This document shows, one piece after another, positions 10,334 through 21,077 of a stretch of 64,000 nucleotides of DNA (within the stretch, counting starts at the first letter, position 1; each line of letters starts with the position of its first letter). The translations under genes were made by a program, and so were the position numbers. Origin of the DNA: Promethearchaeota archaeon (GTDB lineage Archaea; Asgardarchaeota; Lokiarchaeia; Sigyniarchaeales; SOKP01); contig JAHPZJ010000028.1 in the NCBI GenBank assembly GCA_019058245.1, positions 160,403-224,402 of the forward strand, written 5' to 3'. Below the pieces are notes generated by a model. The model saw only the letters and a list, made by a program, of their open reading frames with translations. It was not told where the DNA came from and ran no database searches.

Positions 10334-10971
10334 GTTTAATTAAACATCTGATGTTTTATTGTTTTTTGTTTTTATAAGAATATTAATTCAAATTCTTCTT
10401 CTTTTTGATATCTCTAAACCATTTTTATAATTTTTTATGAATTACTAATATTAAATGCTTAAATATCCATTAGATATTATGTAAAATTAACCAAATTGAT
10501 TATATTACTAAAAATATCATAAATAAAGACCGAAAAATTTTTTTTTTTTTATTTTTGAATATCTTATTTGATACTGAGGTCAATTTAAAGTGATAATTAA
10601 GCTAAAAGGATATCAAATCATTTTTATATCTATTTTACTAAAAAAATTAGGATATTTAATTTTTTCTAAAAATAAAGAAAAATTATAAGATATTTTAATT
10701 AATACTTTTACATATTCACTTATAATAGATATTTTGAAACGGAATTTTCTTCTTTTTTAAATATTTGATTTTTAATTTTTTTCTTCCCGATTAATGGAAA
10801 TTCAAATATTTCCCTTGAGAATAAAGAACTTGACAAATTGATATTTTCCTTGAAATTTTTTCTATTAGATTAATAAGTTCTCGAAAATTTTATTAGAACT
10901 TTATGATTTAATTTAAATTATAATTCTTTATTATCAAAAATAAATTATTAATTCATTATAGCTCTTATAAA

Positions 10972-12327
10972 ATGAGTATATACGCTGATGATGTCGTAAA
11001 CTTTACCTCCGTCTTAAAAATTGCATATAATTTCTTAACAGGTAGAGAGTATTTGCAAAAAAAGAAATCTAAAGAAAGGAAAACCTTAATTTCTGTAGCT
11101 TCAGGATTTCCTGATCTGGTATTTGCAGCTGATTCCATACCCGTTTTTCCCATTCGTATGGAAAAATTTAAGCTTAATTTATATTTACTTGCTTTAAACA
11201 CAGCAACAGGTCTATTTGGTTGGGATCTTACTACAAAATTGTTAGGAATCGCAAGACAAATAGATTTTTTAAAAATCGTAGATAATGTTTTAAATGACGT
11301 TATTAGTACTATCAATAAAAGATATAATAAATTTTATGAATTAGCTATTCAGAAGAATGTTTCACCCAAGTTTTGCTTTGGTGTTAAATCACTTTATGGA
11401 ATGCATCTCTCAAAATCAAATAATTGTGATTGCAGTTTAGATTTTACCCTAAGATGTAAGAAATATAATGATTATCTGAAATCACTAAAAGAATTAATTC
11501 CAAACCAAATATGGTTAGAAATTCCTTCGATCAATACACAGGATGAGGGTAATGCATTAGAAATTATGATCACTAACCTGAAAAAAGTGATTCAAGAATT
11601 AGAAAGTATCTCTGGCAATATTGTTACTGATAATAGTTTAAAAAAGCAGTTTCGCATTGGAAACCAAGTTAAGCGATATTATAAAACAATAATTTATGAT
11701 ATTGGTAACTCAGATTTTTATCCGTGTAATTCTGCAACGTTCGCGGAAATCTTAGCATTATTAACTATTTCATTTCAAGATTATAACTCAAATGCTCAAA
11801 GATATTTAGAAAATCTTAGTCATTTAGTAAAAGAAATGAAAATGCGTATTCAAAAAGGAGTAGGAATGGATGTTTCTAATAGACCAAGAATCTTATTAAC
11901 TCCAATATTCAATGGGTGGGAACCAAAAGCTCAAGAAATTATACATGATTTAGGAGGGAGAGTTATTTATTCAGATTGGGATTCACTTGGATTGTTAGAA
12001 GAAATATCTGTTTCGAAGAATTCTGATCCAATTGAAGCTTATGCTCACTTCCTTTTGAATAGTTCAAAAAAAGGTTTATTCTGCTTAGATAATTATGAAT
12101 CACTAATTAATTCCTATAAAAACTATGTTAAAAAAACTAAAGTTGATGGTCTTATAATTAATCAACTTGAAGATTGTCATATAGATCCAAGTTGTTATGA
12201 ATTAATGAAAAATAAAATCAGAATTGAAAATAAAATACCTTCTGTTAGTATTAAATTTAAAAAGATTGGTGAAAATTTAGAAAAAACTAAAGTTACTCTG
12301 AAGTCTTTTATGGAATTATATGGTTGA
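10972..12327 (+). CDS. 2-hydroxyacyl-CoA dehydratase (HGD-D) family subunit
   Basis: C.F.VKS.YG, LKKVIQELESISGNIVTDNSLKK, RPRILL, GGRVI, KVDGLII..CH, KIPS pattern. Confidence 0.7.
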   Translation: MSIYADDVVNFTSVLKIAYNFLTGREYLQKKKSKERKTLISVASGFPDLVFAADSIPVFPIRMEKFKLNLYLLALNTATGLFGWDLTTKLLGIARQIDFLKIVDNVLNDVISTINKRYNKFYELAIQKNVSPKFCFGVKSLYGMHLSKSNNCDCSLDFTLRCKKYNDYLKSLKELIPNQIWLEIPSINTQDEGNALEIMITNLKKVIQELESISGNIVTDNSLKKQFRIGNQVKRYYKTIIYDIGNSDFYPCNSATFAEILALLTISFQDYNSNAQRYLENLSHLVKEMKMRIQKGVGMDVSNRPRILLTPIFNGWEPKAQEIIHDLGGRVIYSDWDSLGLLEEISVSKNSDPIEAYAHFLLNSSKKGLFCLDNYESLINSYKNYVKKTKVDGLIINQLEDCHIDPSCYELMKNKIRIENKIPSVSIKFKKIGENLEKTKVTLKSFMELYG

Positions 12328-12337
12328 AATTTGAGAA

Positions 12338-12910
12338 TTACATTCCAAAGAAGTCAGATGGCTTTAATAAGTGCTGATCCTCTTCTTTCTCCTTTTTCGC
12401 CTTTTCATGGGGATCAACCCATTCTGCTTCTCCACCAGATGCTTGAGTTGTTGCTCCTCCAGGTGCTTTTAATCCTGTTGGTTTTAAGTTAATATCTGCT
12501 GATATTGCTTCTGGTTGTTGTCCTACTGCTACCGGGGCTGCTGGAACATAGGTTATCCCTCCTGCTTTTAAAACCTTTAATTCACTCAATACTTTTTCTA
12601 GATTCATTGTTTGTACGCTCTTATTCATTGTATCCATTATTTCTTTTAGAGATTTAGATGTTTCTCTTAATCCCTTTGGATTAATTCCTGTCAGTAGTGA
12701 ATCTAAATTAGCCGCTATGTTATCATTTAATTCTTTTAACGAATCTAAGACAGTACTCCAGTGTTTATTCATTTGTGATTCTATGGCACTAATCATTTTA
12801 ATTGTTTCATTCATAAAATTAACATGTGCTTCATAGCGTTCCTCGTCCTTAGCTCTAAGGTCCGAGATGAGCATTATTAATTTCCGTAGAGCTTCTTTTT
12901 CTTCACTCAT
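12338..12910 (-). CDS. Hypothetical coiled-coil protein with low-complexity tail
   Basis: 190-aa ORF, helical N-half, A/P/G-rich linker, terminal LLKPSDFFG. Confidence 0.7.
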   Translation of the reverse strand: MSEEKEALRKLIMLISDLRAKDEERYEAHVNFMNETIKMISAIESQMNKHWSTVLDSLKELNDNIAANLDSLLTGINPKGLRETSKSLKEIMDTMNKSVQTMNLEKVLSELKVLKAGGITYVPAAPVAVGQQPEAISADINLKPTGLKAPGGATTQASGGEAEWVDPHEKAKKEKEEDQHLLKPSDFFGM

Positions 12911-13042
12911 TTTTTACCAAAAAATATATTATTTTTTCTATTATAATTATGATTATAAATAAATTTATATGTATGCATATAAAAAAACAAATCTGTTATA
13001 ATTCCATTAATTTATTTGAATTAAATTAAAAAAAAAAAGGAA

Positions 13043-14536
13043 ATGACAGTTATCGCCACAAAATGGATTAAAAATCCAAAAATCTATGAAATTAACACTT
13101 GGCCTTGGTTTCAGTCTTTATCCGAAATTTATAATACCTCTATTACTTTAAATAATATTCCAGATGAAGTTTTTAATCATGAAATAAAATGTTTTGATGT
13201 TGTTTGGCTTATGGGTGTTTGGGAAAGAAGCCCTGCTAGTAAAAAAATAGCACTTGAACATCCTGATTTGCAGAAAGAGTACCATAAAGTTCTACATGAT
13301 TTTAAGGATGAGGATGTAATAGGATCTCCATATGCGGTGTACTATTATCATATTGATAATAAACTTGGTGGAGTTGATGGAATTATCAAATTCCGTAGTC
13401 AATTAAAAGAGATGGGGATTCAATTAATACTAGATTATGTTCCAAACCATATTTCAGTTGACTCTTTATGGACTTTCGAGAACAATTTATTTATTGAAGG
13501 GACTTTAGATGACTTAATGTCTCATCCTTATGATTTTTTTAGTATTTCGGAAAAAATTTTCGCCCATGGTCGTGATCCAAACTTCCCTAGTTGGACTGAT
13601 ACAATTCAAATTAATGCCTTTTCAGAAGCAGCTCGACAGAAAACAATTAAAACTCTTCTGAATATTGCGGAACTCTGTGATGGCGTTCGATGTGATATGG
13701 CAATGCTTTTAACTAATGATGTATTTCGGAGAACTTGGGGGGAAAAAGCGGGAGAACCTCCAGAAAAAGAGTTTTGGGAAGAAATCATTCCAGCTGTAAA
13801 AGAAAAATATCCAAATTTTATATTCATAGCAGAAGTATATTGGGATATGGAATGGGATCTTCAACAACAAGGATTTGATTTTTGTTATGATAAAAGGCTA
13901 TATGACAGATTAGCTCATGGAAATGCTAATACAATCAACGATCACCTTAAAGCGGAATGGAAATATCAAAGTAAATTAGTTCGTTTTATTGAAAATCATG
14001 ATGAAATGAGAGCTATAGAAAAATTTGGAGAGGAAAAATCTAAAGCTGCAGCGATTATAGCATTAACTCTGCCCGGAGCAAGATTAGTATACAATGGACA
14101 AACTCGAGGGAATAGGATAAAATTACCTGTTCAATTAGGAAGAATTCCTTTTGAAGAAACGAATAATACTATTTTTGAATTTTATCAAGATTTATTTAAA
14201 TCAATTCCAGGGAGAGAATACGGAGTAGGAAGTTGGTCTCTATGTGAATCAAAATTAGTAAAATCAAATGATTCTTCATTTACAGACATTATTTCTTATT
14301 TATGGTGGATTAATGATGATTATCGACTTATTGTTGTAAATTATAGTCCAAATTCTTCAGAAGCTCATATAAAAATAAGTCCATTTCATTTTGATACCAA
14401 TAGATGGATATTCACTGATTTACTAAAGCATAAATCATACATTTATAGTGGTAATAATTTGTATAAATATGGATTATATATTGAATTAAAAGCTTGGGAA
14501 GGATATATTTTTGATATCAAAAAAGAAAGTAATTAG
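13043..14536 (+). CDS. GH13 alpha-amylase-family glycosyl hydrolase
   Basis: WLMGVW, GSPYAV, LDYVPNH, DGVRCDMAM, AEVYW, FIENHDE. Confidence 0.9.
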   Translation: MTVIATKWIKNPKIYEINTWPWFQSLSEIYNTSITLNNIPDEVFNHEIKCFDVVWLMGVWERSPASKKIALEHPDLQKEYHKVLHDFKDEDVIGSPYAVYYYHIDNKLGGVDGIIKFRSQLKEMGIQLILDYVPNHISVDSLWTFENNLFIEGTLDDLMSHPYDFFSISEKIFAHGRDPNFPSWTDTIQINAFSEAARQKTIKTLLNIAELCDGVRCDMAMLLTNDVFRRTWGEKAGEPPEKEFWEEIIPAVKEKYPNFIFIAEVYWDMEWDLQQQGFDFCYDKRLYDRLAHGNANTINDHLKAEWKYQSKLVRFIENHDEMRAIEKFGEEKSKAAAIIALTLPGARLVYNGQTRGNRIKLPVQLGRIPFEETNNTIFEFYQDLFKSIPGREYGVGSWSLCESKLVKSNDSSFTDIISYLWWINDDYRLIVVNYSPNSSEAHIKISPFHFDTNRWIFTDLLKHKSYIYSGNNLYKYGLYIELKAWEGYIFDIKKESN

Positions 14537-14556
14537 AAAGTTTTTTTCAAATTAAT

Positions 14557-16410
14557 TTAATGAACTGTAACAGTCTTGGCAAGATTAAGTGGTTTATCTG
14601 GATCTAAATTATGCTCTAGAGCAGCAAAATATGCCAATAACTGTAATGCAGGGATGAATGTAATTGAACTAAAGAGATTATGATATTTATCTCTTGGTTG
14701 TGGAATTCTAATGGTTATATCACTTAAATTAGTAATTTTTTCATCACTTTCTATAACTAATGATATAATTTTACCCCCTCTAGCTTTAAATTCCATTACA
14801 TTTCCTAATAATCGTTCATATGTTTCATCTGGAGGTGCAATAAATATTATAGGATATCCATCTCTTACTAATGATATAGGTCCATGTTTTGCATGAGCTG
14901 CAGAATATCCTTCAATGAATCGGCATGCAACTTCTTTTAATTTCAATCCACCTTCTTTTGCTGTCGCGATAGATGCTCCACGTGCTAGAAAGAAAAAATT
15001 AAGATTCTTCTCTAAATCACTTACAATATACTTTATTAGATCAGCATTCTTCTCAAGAAAATTTTCAATAATATCGGGAACAGATTGAAGTGCTTCATAA
15101 TACTTCTGAATTTCCTCTTGTGAATCTTTATTTTTTAACTTAGCAATTTCTAATGCAACTAATGCAAGAGTTAAAATTTGAGTTACGAAAGTTTTTGTTG
15201 CAGCTACACCAATCTCTGGTCCTGCTTGGGTTACTAATACTTTATCAGAATATCTAGTAATAGATGATCCTACTATATTTGTAATTGACAATATTTTAAT
15301 ACTTGGTTTATACTTTTTTGCCCATCTAATTGGCTCAATTAAATCAATTGTTTCTCCAGATTGAGATAATGCTATAATTATAGAATTTTCTTCGAGAGAA
15401 TTATTTAACTGCGTTTTAAACTCTGAACATTCTATTGCTTCAATATACTTCCCTAGAAATTTAGTTATTATAAATTTACCAGCTAAGGATGCGTGAAAAG
15501 ATGTTCCAGCAGCAGTAATATATATATGATCAGCAGTTAATAAAGGGATTGCAAAATCTTTTATAGAATCAGGAGAAATTTTCATCGTTCTTCTTAAAGC
15601 AGAGGGTTCTTCATAAATTTCTTTTAACATAAAATGTTGATATCCCCCCTTTTCTGCAGCATCAATATTCCAATTGATTTCTTGAACTTTCTTCTGTTTA
15701 GGTAAATCACTATTATCGATATCAAAAAATTCTACTGACCCAGCATTTAGAATCGCTAGTTCATCATCTTCCAATATATAACAGTATTTTGTGTATGGAA
15801 GAAACGCTGGTATATCCGAAGCACAATAACTTGTTTTTCCTTTATCGATTCCTATTATGAGGGGGGATTCTTTACGACAAGCAATTATGGTGTTAGGATA
15901 ATCAGCATGGCAAATTGCCAATCCATAAGCACCTTCGCACCTCTTTATTGCCGAAACAATCGCCTCTTTTAGATTTTTATTTTGTTTCAAATATTCTTCA
16001 ATTAAATGTGGAATTATTTCAGTATCTGTTTCAGATTTGAAAATATGCCCTTTAGAAAGTAGTTCTTCTTTAAGTTCTAAAAAATTTTCAAGAATACCAT
16101 TATGGATAACGGCAATCTTATCAGTACAATCGAGGTGTGGATGGCTATTTATTTTGGTTGGAGGTCCATGAGTTGCCCATCGTGTATGAGCTAATGCTAG
16201 TTTAGAACCATTTGGAAATTCATCTAATTTTAGATATTCATTAATCTCGTCAATTTTACCTGCATCTTTTTTAACAAAAAGACTATTATTATGTTGAGAT
16301 ACAATACCACACGAATCATAACCCCTATATTCCAATCTTTTAATACTTTCAAGAGCTATTTTTCCTATTTTGATATTTTGATTCGTAACTATTCCGAATA
16401 TACCACACAT
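14557..16410 (-). CDS. glmS: Glutamine--fructose-6-phosphate aminotransferase
   Basis: MCGIFG, LEYRGYDS, HTRWATHG, SQSGET, C-terminal NLAKTVTV. Confidence 0.97.
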   Translation of the reverse strand: MCGIFGIVTNQNIKIGKIALESIKRLEYRGYDSCGIVSQHNNSLFVKKDAGKIDEINEYLKLDEFPNGSKLALAHTRWATHGPPTKINSHPHLDCTDKIAVIHNGILENFLELKEELLSKGHIFKSETDTEIIPHLIEEYLKQNKNLKEAIVSAIKRCEGAYGLAICHADYPNTIIACRKESPLIIGIDKGKTSYCASDIPAFLPYTKYCYILEDDELAILNAGSVEFFDIDNSDLPKQKKVQEINWNIDAAEKGGYQHFMLKEIYEEPSALRRTMKISPDSIKDFAIPLLTADHIYITAAGTSFHASLAGKFIITKFLGKYIEAIECSEFKTQLNNSLEENSIIIALSQSGETIDLIEPIRWAKKYKPSIKILSITNIVGSSITRYSDKVLVTQAGPEIGVAATKTFVTQILTLALVALEIAKLKNKDSQEEIQKYYEALQSVPDIIENFLEKNADLIKYIVSDLEKNLNFFFLARGASIATAKEGGLKLKEVACRFIEGYSAAHAKHGPISLVRDGYPIIFIAPPDETYERLLGNVMEFKARGGKIISLVIESDEKITNLSDITIRIPQPRDKYHNLFSSITFIPALQLLAYFAALEHNLDPDKPLNLAKTVTVH

Positions 16411-16460
16411 CTTTATATTATAAAATTTTTTTTAACATTATTTTAAATTCTAATAATAAC

Positions 16461-17879
16461 CTAGATTAAGTTCAATTTTTGCATCTTTTTCACAGCAATA
16501 TTATTCATTTCAATTGAATTATTGATATCAATAGTGGATTCACCAGATATTCTTAAATAGGGGCTTGTTCCAGAACGTCTAATCAAGAGCCAGCCATCTT
16601 CATAATCAAATCTACAACCATCTAACTGATTAATTTTAACAATTTTTTTTCCCAAATTATCTAAAGACTCATTTATTTCAGAAATGATTTTTTGATGTAT
16701 TTCTTCTGTAAATGGAATATCTTTAGTTAATTTAAATTTATTAGCAAAATATGGATAATGAGGAATATCCTTTAATAATTCTTTTAAAGATTTTCCAGTT
16801 TTTGTCATCATATCCAATACAATTGCAATAGTTAAAATTGAATCTGGTCCATAATGAAAATGAGGCCATATATAAGTACCAGAAGTTTCTCCTCCTATAA
16901 AACCTCCTAATTCTCGTAATGCAATTGCTACTTTAATATCTCCAACTTCTGTTCTAATAACATTGCAACCAAGAGGTTTTAATACATCCTCAATTAAACA
17001 TGATGAATTAATTGGAGTAGCAACTTGCATTTGCTCTTTTGATAATTGATTTTCCTGGATATAATATTTTGCCATTAAAGTTAACAAACGGATTGGGTCT
17101 ACGATTTCTCCATTCTCATCAAGAAAAATAACCCTATCAGCATCTCCATCAAGAGCAATCCCAATATCTTCTTCTTTGGAAATTTTTAAAAATTTAGAAA
17201 GTTTCATAAGATTCTTCTTATTTGGTTCTGAATGCCTTCCAGGAAAATTACCATCCATTTGTGAGTTTAGAGTAGTTACATTTATATTGTATTCACCTAA
17301 AAGCCGTGGTACAATTTCACATCCAGACCCATTTCCAGGATCTACAATTACATAAAGTTTATTACCATTAAATTTTATTAAACTCATTATTTCAGAAATG
17401 TGAAGATCATTTGTATCATTGATTTGTGTAACTTTTCCAATTTGATCATAATTTATTTTTATGAAATCTTTCTCATCATATATACGAGAAATTTCCATTT
17501 CTTGTTCAGGCGAAAATCCAATACCAGAGGGATTCCATAGTTTTAATCCACAATATTCTGGAGTATTATGTGAGGCGGTAATAACTACACCTGCTTCTGC
17601 ATTTAAAAATTTTAATGATGCCGCAAGAGTAGGAGTAGTAACAATTCCTAATGTTTTTACATTGCATCCACAACTTACAAGTCCAGAAATTAAAGCATAT
17701 TCAATAGGCAAAGCAGATGTACGAATATCTTTTCCTATAACTACAGTACCCCCTTTTAAATATGTACCTAATGCTAATCCTACATCAAGGCTCATAGCAG
17801 GCGTAAACATTAGATCTGATTCAGAATAATTTTTAAATACTCTTCTTATGCCACTTGTTCCAAAGATCGAAGTTGTCAT
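16461..17879 (-). CDS. glmM: Phosphoglucosamine mutase / phosphohexomutase
   Basis: FGTSGIR, ITASHN, DGDADR, GGETSG, SGT; directly upstream of glmS. Confidence 0.88.
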   Translation of the reverse strand: MTTSIFGTSGIRRVFKNYSESDLMFTPAMSLDVGLALGTYLKGGTVVIGKDIRTSALPIEYALISGLVSCGCNVKTLGIVTTPTLAASLKFLNAEAGVVITASHNTPEYCGLKLWNPSGIGFSPEQEMEISRIYDEKDFIKINYDQIGKVTQINDTNDLHISEIMSLIKFNGNKLYVIVDPGNGSGCEIVPRLLGEYNINVTTLNSQMDGNFPGRHSEPNKKNLMKLSKFLKISKEEDIGIALDGDADRVIFLDENGEIVDPIRLLTLMAKYYIQENQLSKEQMQVATPINSSCLIEDVLKPLGCNVIRTEVGDIKVAIALRELGGFIGGETSGTYIWPHFHYGPDSILTIAIVLDMMTKTGKSLKELLKDIPHYPYFANKFKLTKDIPFTEEIHQKIISEINESLDNLGKKIVKINQLDGCRFDYEDGWLLIRRSGTSPYLRISGESTIDINNSIEMNNIAVKKMQKLNLI

Positions 17880-18285
17880 AGTTTAGGTTTCGAGGTGTTT
17901 TTATATTTTACTGATTATAACTGTATCTTAATATATGATTAAGAAGTAATTTTTCTTTTTATAATTAATTTATGTAATTTTCCTTTATTGTAAATGATAT
18001 TAAAGCTTTATAATATTTCCCAATAATAAGAAAACTATTATTTTTTTGATGATATTCTTTAAATAATGCTTAATAAAAATTGATATTATTGTTTCAGTGC
18101 TATGATTTTTCAAGGATTATTTAATATTTTAGATTTATACTTTCAAGTGATTGATATTTTTTATAATAATATAGATAGATATTTTCGAGATTTTCTATTT
18201 TTCGTTAATAATAATGGTTTATATTAGTATTGCTAAAAATTATAAAATATTCCTTATCATTTTATTATTATATAAAAAAATACTG

Positions 18286-19773
18286 ATGTTTATGGATTTG
18301 AAAGAATTTGAATTAATTTATAAACAAAATCGGTGTGAGATTAAAGATAAAAAGAATATAGAAACTAGATTAAAAGGGATTGTTGGTAAGAATAATATAT
18401 CAACTAAAAAAATAGATTTATTAGCTTATTCTAAGGATACTTCACTTATAGGGTTCAATTGGACACTCCAAGGAAAAATTGCAGGATTACCTGATTTTAT
18501 AACATGGCCAGAAACAGAAGAGCAAATATCAGAAATTTTAAAACTAGCAAATAGAGAGAAGATTCCTGTAATACCATATGGTGAGGGATCTGGAGTTGTT
18601 GGGGGTGCGATACCAGTTTATGGGGGAATTATTATTGATATGAAAAAATTTAATAACATTCTTGAAATAAATGATAAAAATTTGACAGTTACTGCTCAAA
18701 CTGGTATTAATGGAATGAATTTGGAACGTTATTTAAATGCTAGAGGATATACAACAGGTCATATACCACAATCTCTTTATATTTCTTCATTAGGGGGATG
18801 GATAGCTCATAGAGCTGCAGGACAATTTAGTACTAAATATGGAAAGATAGAAGATATAATTTTAGGAATGGAAGTAATTCTACCTCAAGGAAAGATTGTA
18901 AAATTTAAAACTATTTCCAGGGCATCAACTGGTCCTCAATTTGATAAGCTATTCATTGGCTGTGAGGGTACACTAGGAATTATTACAAAAGCTACACTTA
19001 AAATATGGCCCTATCCTGAAACAAGAGCATTAATTTCTTATGCCTTCCCTACTTTTGAGGATTCTTTAGAAGCAACTAGACAAATATTAAGGCAACAAAT
19101 TTATCCTGCTGTTATCCGAATTTATGATGCCGATGAAACATTCAGACATTTTGATCATATAGAAAAAGCTAAGAATAAGGTGATGGTTGTGTTTGTTTGT
19201 GAGGGGATTAAAAGCCTGGTTAATCTTGAAAAGGCAATTACTATGGATACATGTGAAAAAAATAATGGTGTTGCGTGTGGGGAAGAACCAGTTGAACATT
19301 GGTTTGAAACTAGATTTAGAGTAACTGAAACTTCATTATCGCCAACATTAAAGACAGTTTTTGATACAATCGAAATTGAAATTTTATGGGATAAGGCAGC
19401 AGATCTATATCACTCTGTAATAACTACAACTAAAAAAATAAAAGGTTTAATTTTTATAACAGCGCATGTATCTCACTTTTATCCTAATGGAGTAGGGTTT
19501 TATTTTAGTTTTGCGGGAATTGCTCCAAAAGAAAAAACTGATCTTGAATTTTATCAAGAGGTTTGGAATACAGTTATTAAAGCAGTAGAAGATTGCGGTG
19601 GATCATTTGGACACCATCACGGTGTAGGAATCAATAGGTCAAAGTGGATGCCAGTAGAATGGGGTGTATCGTTTGATACTATAAAACAGATAAAGAATTT
19701 ACTTGATCCTAATAATATTTTAAACCCAGGGAAAATTTATGAAAATCTTTGGAAAAACGGAGATGAGAAATAA
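18286..19773 (+). CDS. FAD-binding oxidoreductase, alkyl-DHAP synthase (AGPS)/YgcU-like; start likely 18286 or 18292 rather than 18214
   Basis: PYGEGSGVVGG, GHIPQS..SSLGGWIA..AAGQFSTKYGKIED, GCEGTLGIIT, HVSHFY, HHHGVG, DPNNILNPGK. Confidence 0.85.
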   Translation: MFMDLKEFELIYKQNRCEIKDKKNIETRLKGIVGKNNISTKKIDLLAYSKDTSLIGFNWTLQGKIAGLPDFITWPETEEQISEILKLANREKIPVIPYGEGSGVVGGAIPVYGGIIIDMKKFNNILEINDKNLTVTAQTGINGMNLERYLNARGYTTGHIPQSLYISSLGGWIAHRAAGQFSTKYGKIEDIILGMEVILPQGKIVKFKTISRASTGPQFDKLFIGCEGTLGIITKATLKIWPYPETRALISYAFPTFEDSLEATRQILRQQIYPAVIRIYDADETFRHFDHIEKAKNKVMVVFVCEGIKSLVNLEKAITMDTCEKNNGVACGEEPVEHWFETRFRVTETSLSPTLKTVFDTIEIEILWDKAADLYHSVITTTKKIKGLIFITAHVSHFYPNGVGFYFSFAGIAPKEKTDLEFYQEVWNTVIKAVEDCGGSFGHHHGVGINRSKWMPVEWGVSFDTIKQIKNLLDPNNILNPGKIYENLWKNGDEK

Positions 19774-21042
19774 ATGAGTGAGATCTTAGAGAAATATAAA
19801 TGGATTGGCCCAATCATTGAAAAAATGGATCGAGACTTAAAACGGATATTTATGAAAAATTTTAGAATGCGAGATAAAAACTTTTTTCCAGAAGGGGATT
19901 ATAAAGCAGATATAAAAAACTTAGTTAATTGTATGCTCTGTCCAAATATGTGTAGATTTGATTGTGGTACGTTACAAACCTCTCTAACTGAAACCATGAG
20001 TCCTGCTTATAAAGCTCGGATAGGCTATTATCTAACAATAGGATTAATAGATCCAATGAAAAAAGAAAACCAAGATTTTATCAATTTAATGTACAAATGT
20101 ACAAATGAGGAAAACTGTAAAATTTGGTGCCCTTTTGAATTTTCGGTCGTATCACTCTTAGAGACTGTCAGAGAAGATTTAAATGATAAAAATTTGATGC
20201 CAGATTACTGTAAACAGCAGATTGATAAGTTGAATAATACGAATACTATAGAAGAGTACAATATATATCGAACTTATACTGAAAAAGGAATAGAAAATAT
20301 AGAAACGGATGGTAATGACGAAGTTTTCTATTATATTGGATGTGAATCAATGAAATTTCCTGAAGTTATAAAAGCAAATATAGAGATATTAAAGAAAGCT
20401 GGAATAAAATTTTCAACTAATCTTGATAGCAAAATATGTTGTGGAGGTCCAGCATTTAATATTAGAGAAATGGAAACCGCAAATAAGTTTGCTATGAAAA
20501 ATAAAGAACTTATTGAGGCAACAGGTGCTAAGACCATCATATCAGATTGTCCGGGATGTATATTAACATTATCAAATAGATATGAAAAACTCGGAGTTAA
20601 AATTGAAAAACAAATAATCCATATTGTTCAGTTCTTTAAAAAGTTAATTGATGATGGAAAATTAAGTTTTAAAAATAAAATTCCTGAAGAATTTAGAAAA
20701 ATCACTATTCATGATCCTTGTCTTATTGCTAGAAATTTAAAAGATACTGAATCAATAAGATTTATTCTTAATAGGATCCCTGATTTGGAAATTTTTGAAC
20801 CTCTTTATAATAAAGACTATGTTCATTGTTGTGGGTGGAGTGGTACTAACCATTGGGCAGATAGAGACTTAGCTATTAGAGAAGCAAGGAATAGAATTAA
20901 TGAATTAAAAGATACTGGAGTAAATATTTTCATATCCGCATGTCCTCTCTGTGAATTAGGTCTAGCTTATGGAATTGATGAAAATGAAAAAGAAAAATAT
21001 AAGATAATGGATATATCTGAATTGATAATAAGAATTTTATAA
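19774..21042 (+). CDS. Fe-S protein with CCG domains (GlpC/HdrD-like)
   Basis: CMLCPNMCRFDC, YYIGC, CCGG, CPGC, HDPC, CCGW, SACPLC; starts directly after the previous stop. Confidence 0.88.
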   Translation: MSEILEKYKWIGPIIEKMDRDLKRIFMKNFRMRDKNFFPEGDYKADIKNLVNCMLCPNMCRFDCGTLQTSLTETMSPAYKARIGYYLTIGLIDPMKKENQDFINLMYKCTNEENCKIWCPFEFSVVSLLETVREDLNDKNLMPDYCKQQIDKLNNTNTIEEYNIYRTYTEKGIENIETDGNDEVFYYIGCESMKFPEVIKANIEILKKAGIKFSTNLDSKICCGGPAFNIREMETANKFAMKNKELIEATGAKTIISDCPGCILTLSNRYEKLGVKIEKQIIHIVQFFKKLIDDGKLSFKNKIPEEFRKITIHDPCLIARNLKDTESIRFILNRIPDLEIFEPLYNKDYVHCCGWSGTNHWADRDLAIREARNRINELKDTGVNIFISACPLCELGLAYGIDENEKEKYKIMDISELIIRIL

Positions 21043-21077
21043 AAATAATAGGTATAATAAAATAAGGGTGTGATATT

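Noticed and set aside
18214-18285. Track start at 18214 for the oxidoreductase
   Set aside because: The extension is AT-rich, promoter-like sequence; ATG at 18286 or 18292 is more plausible
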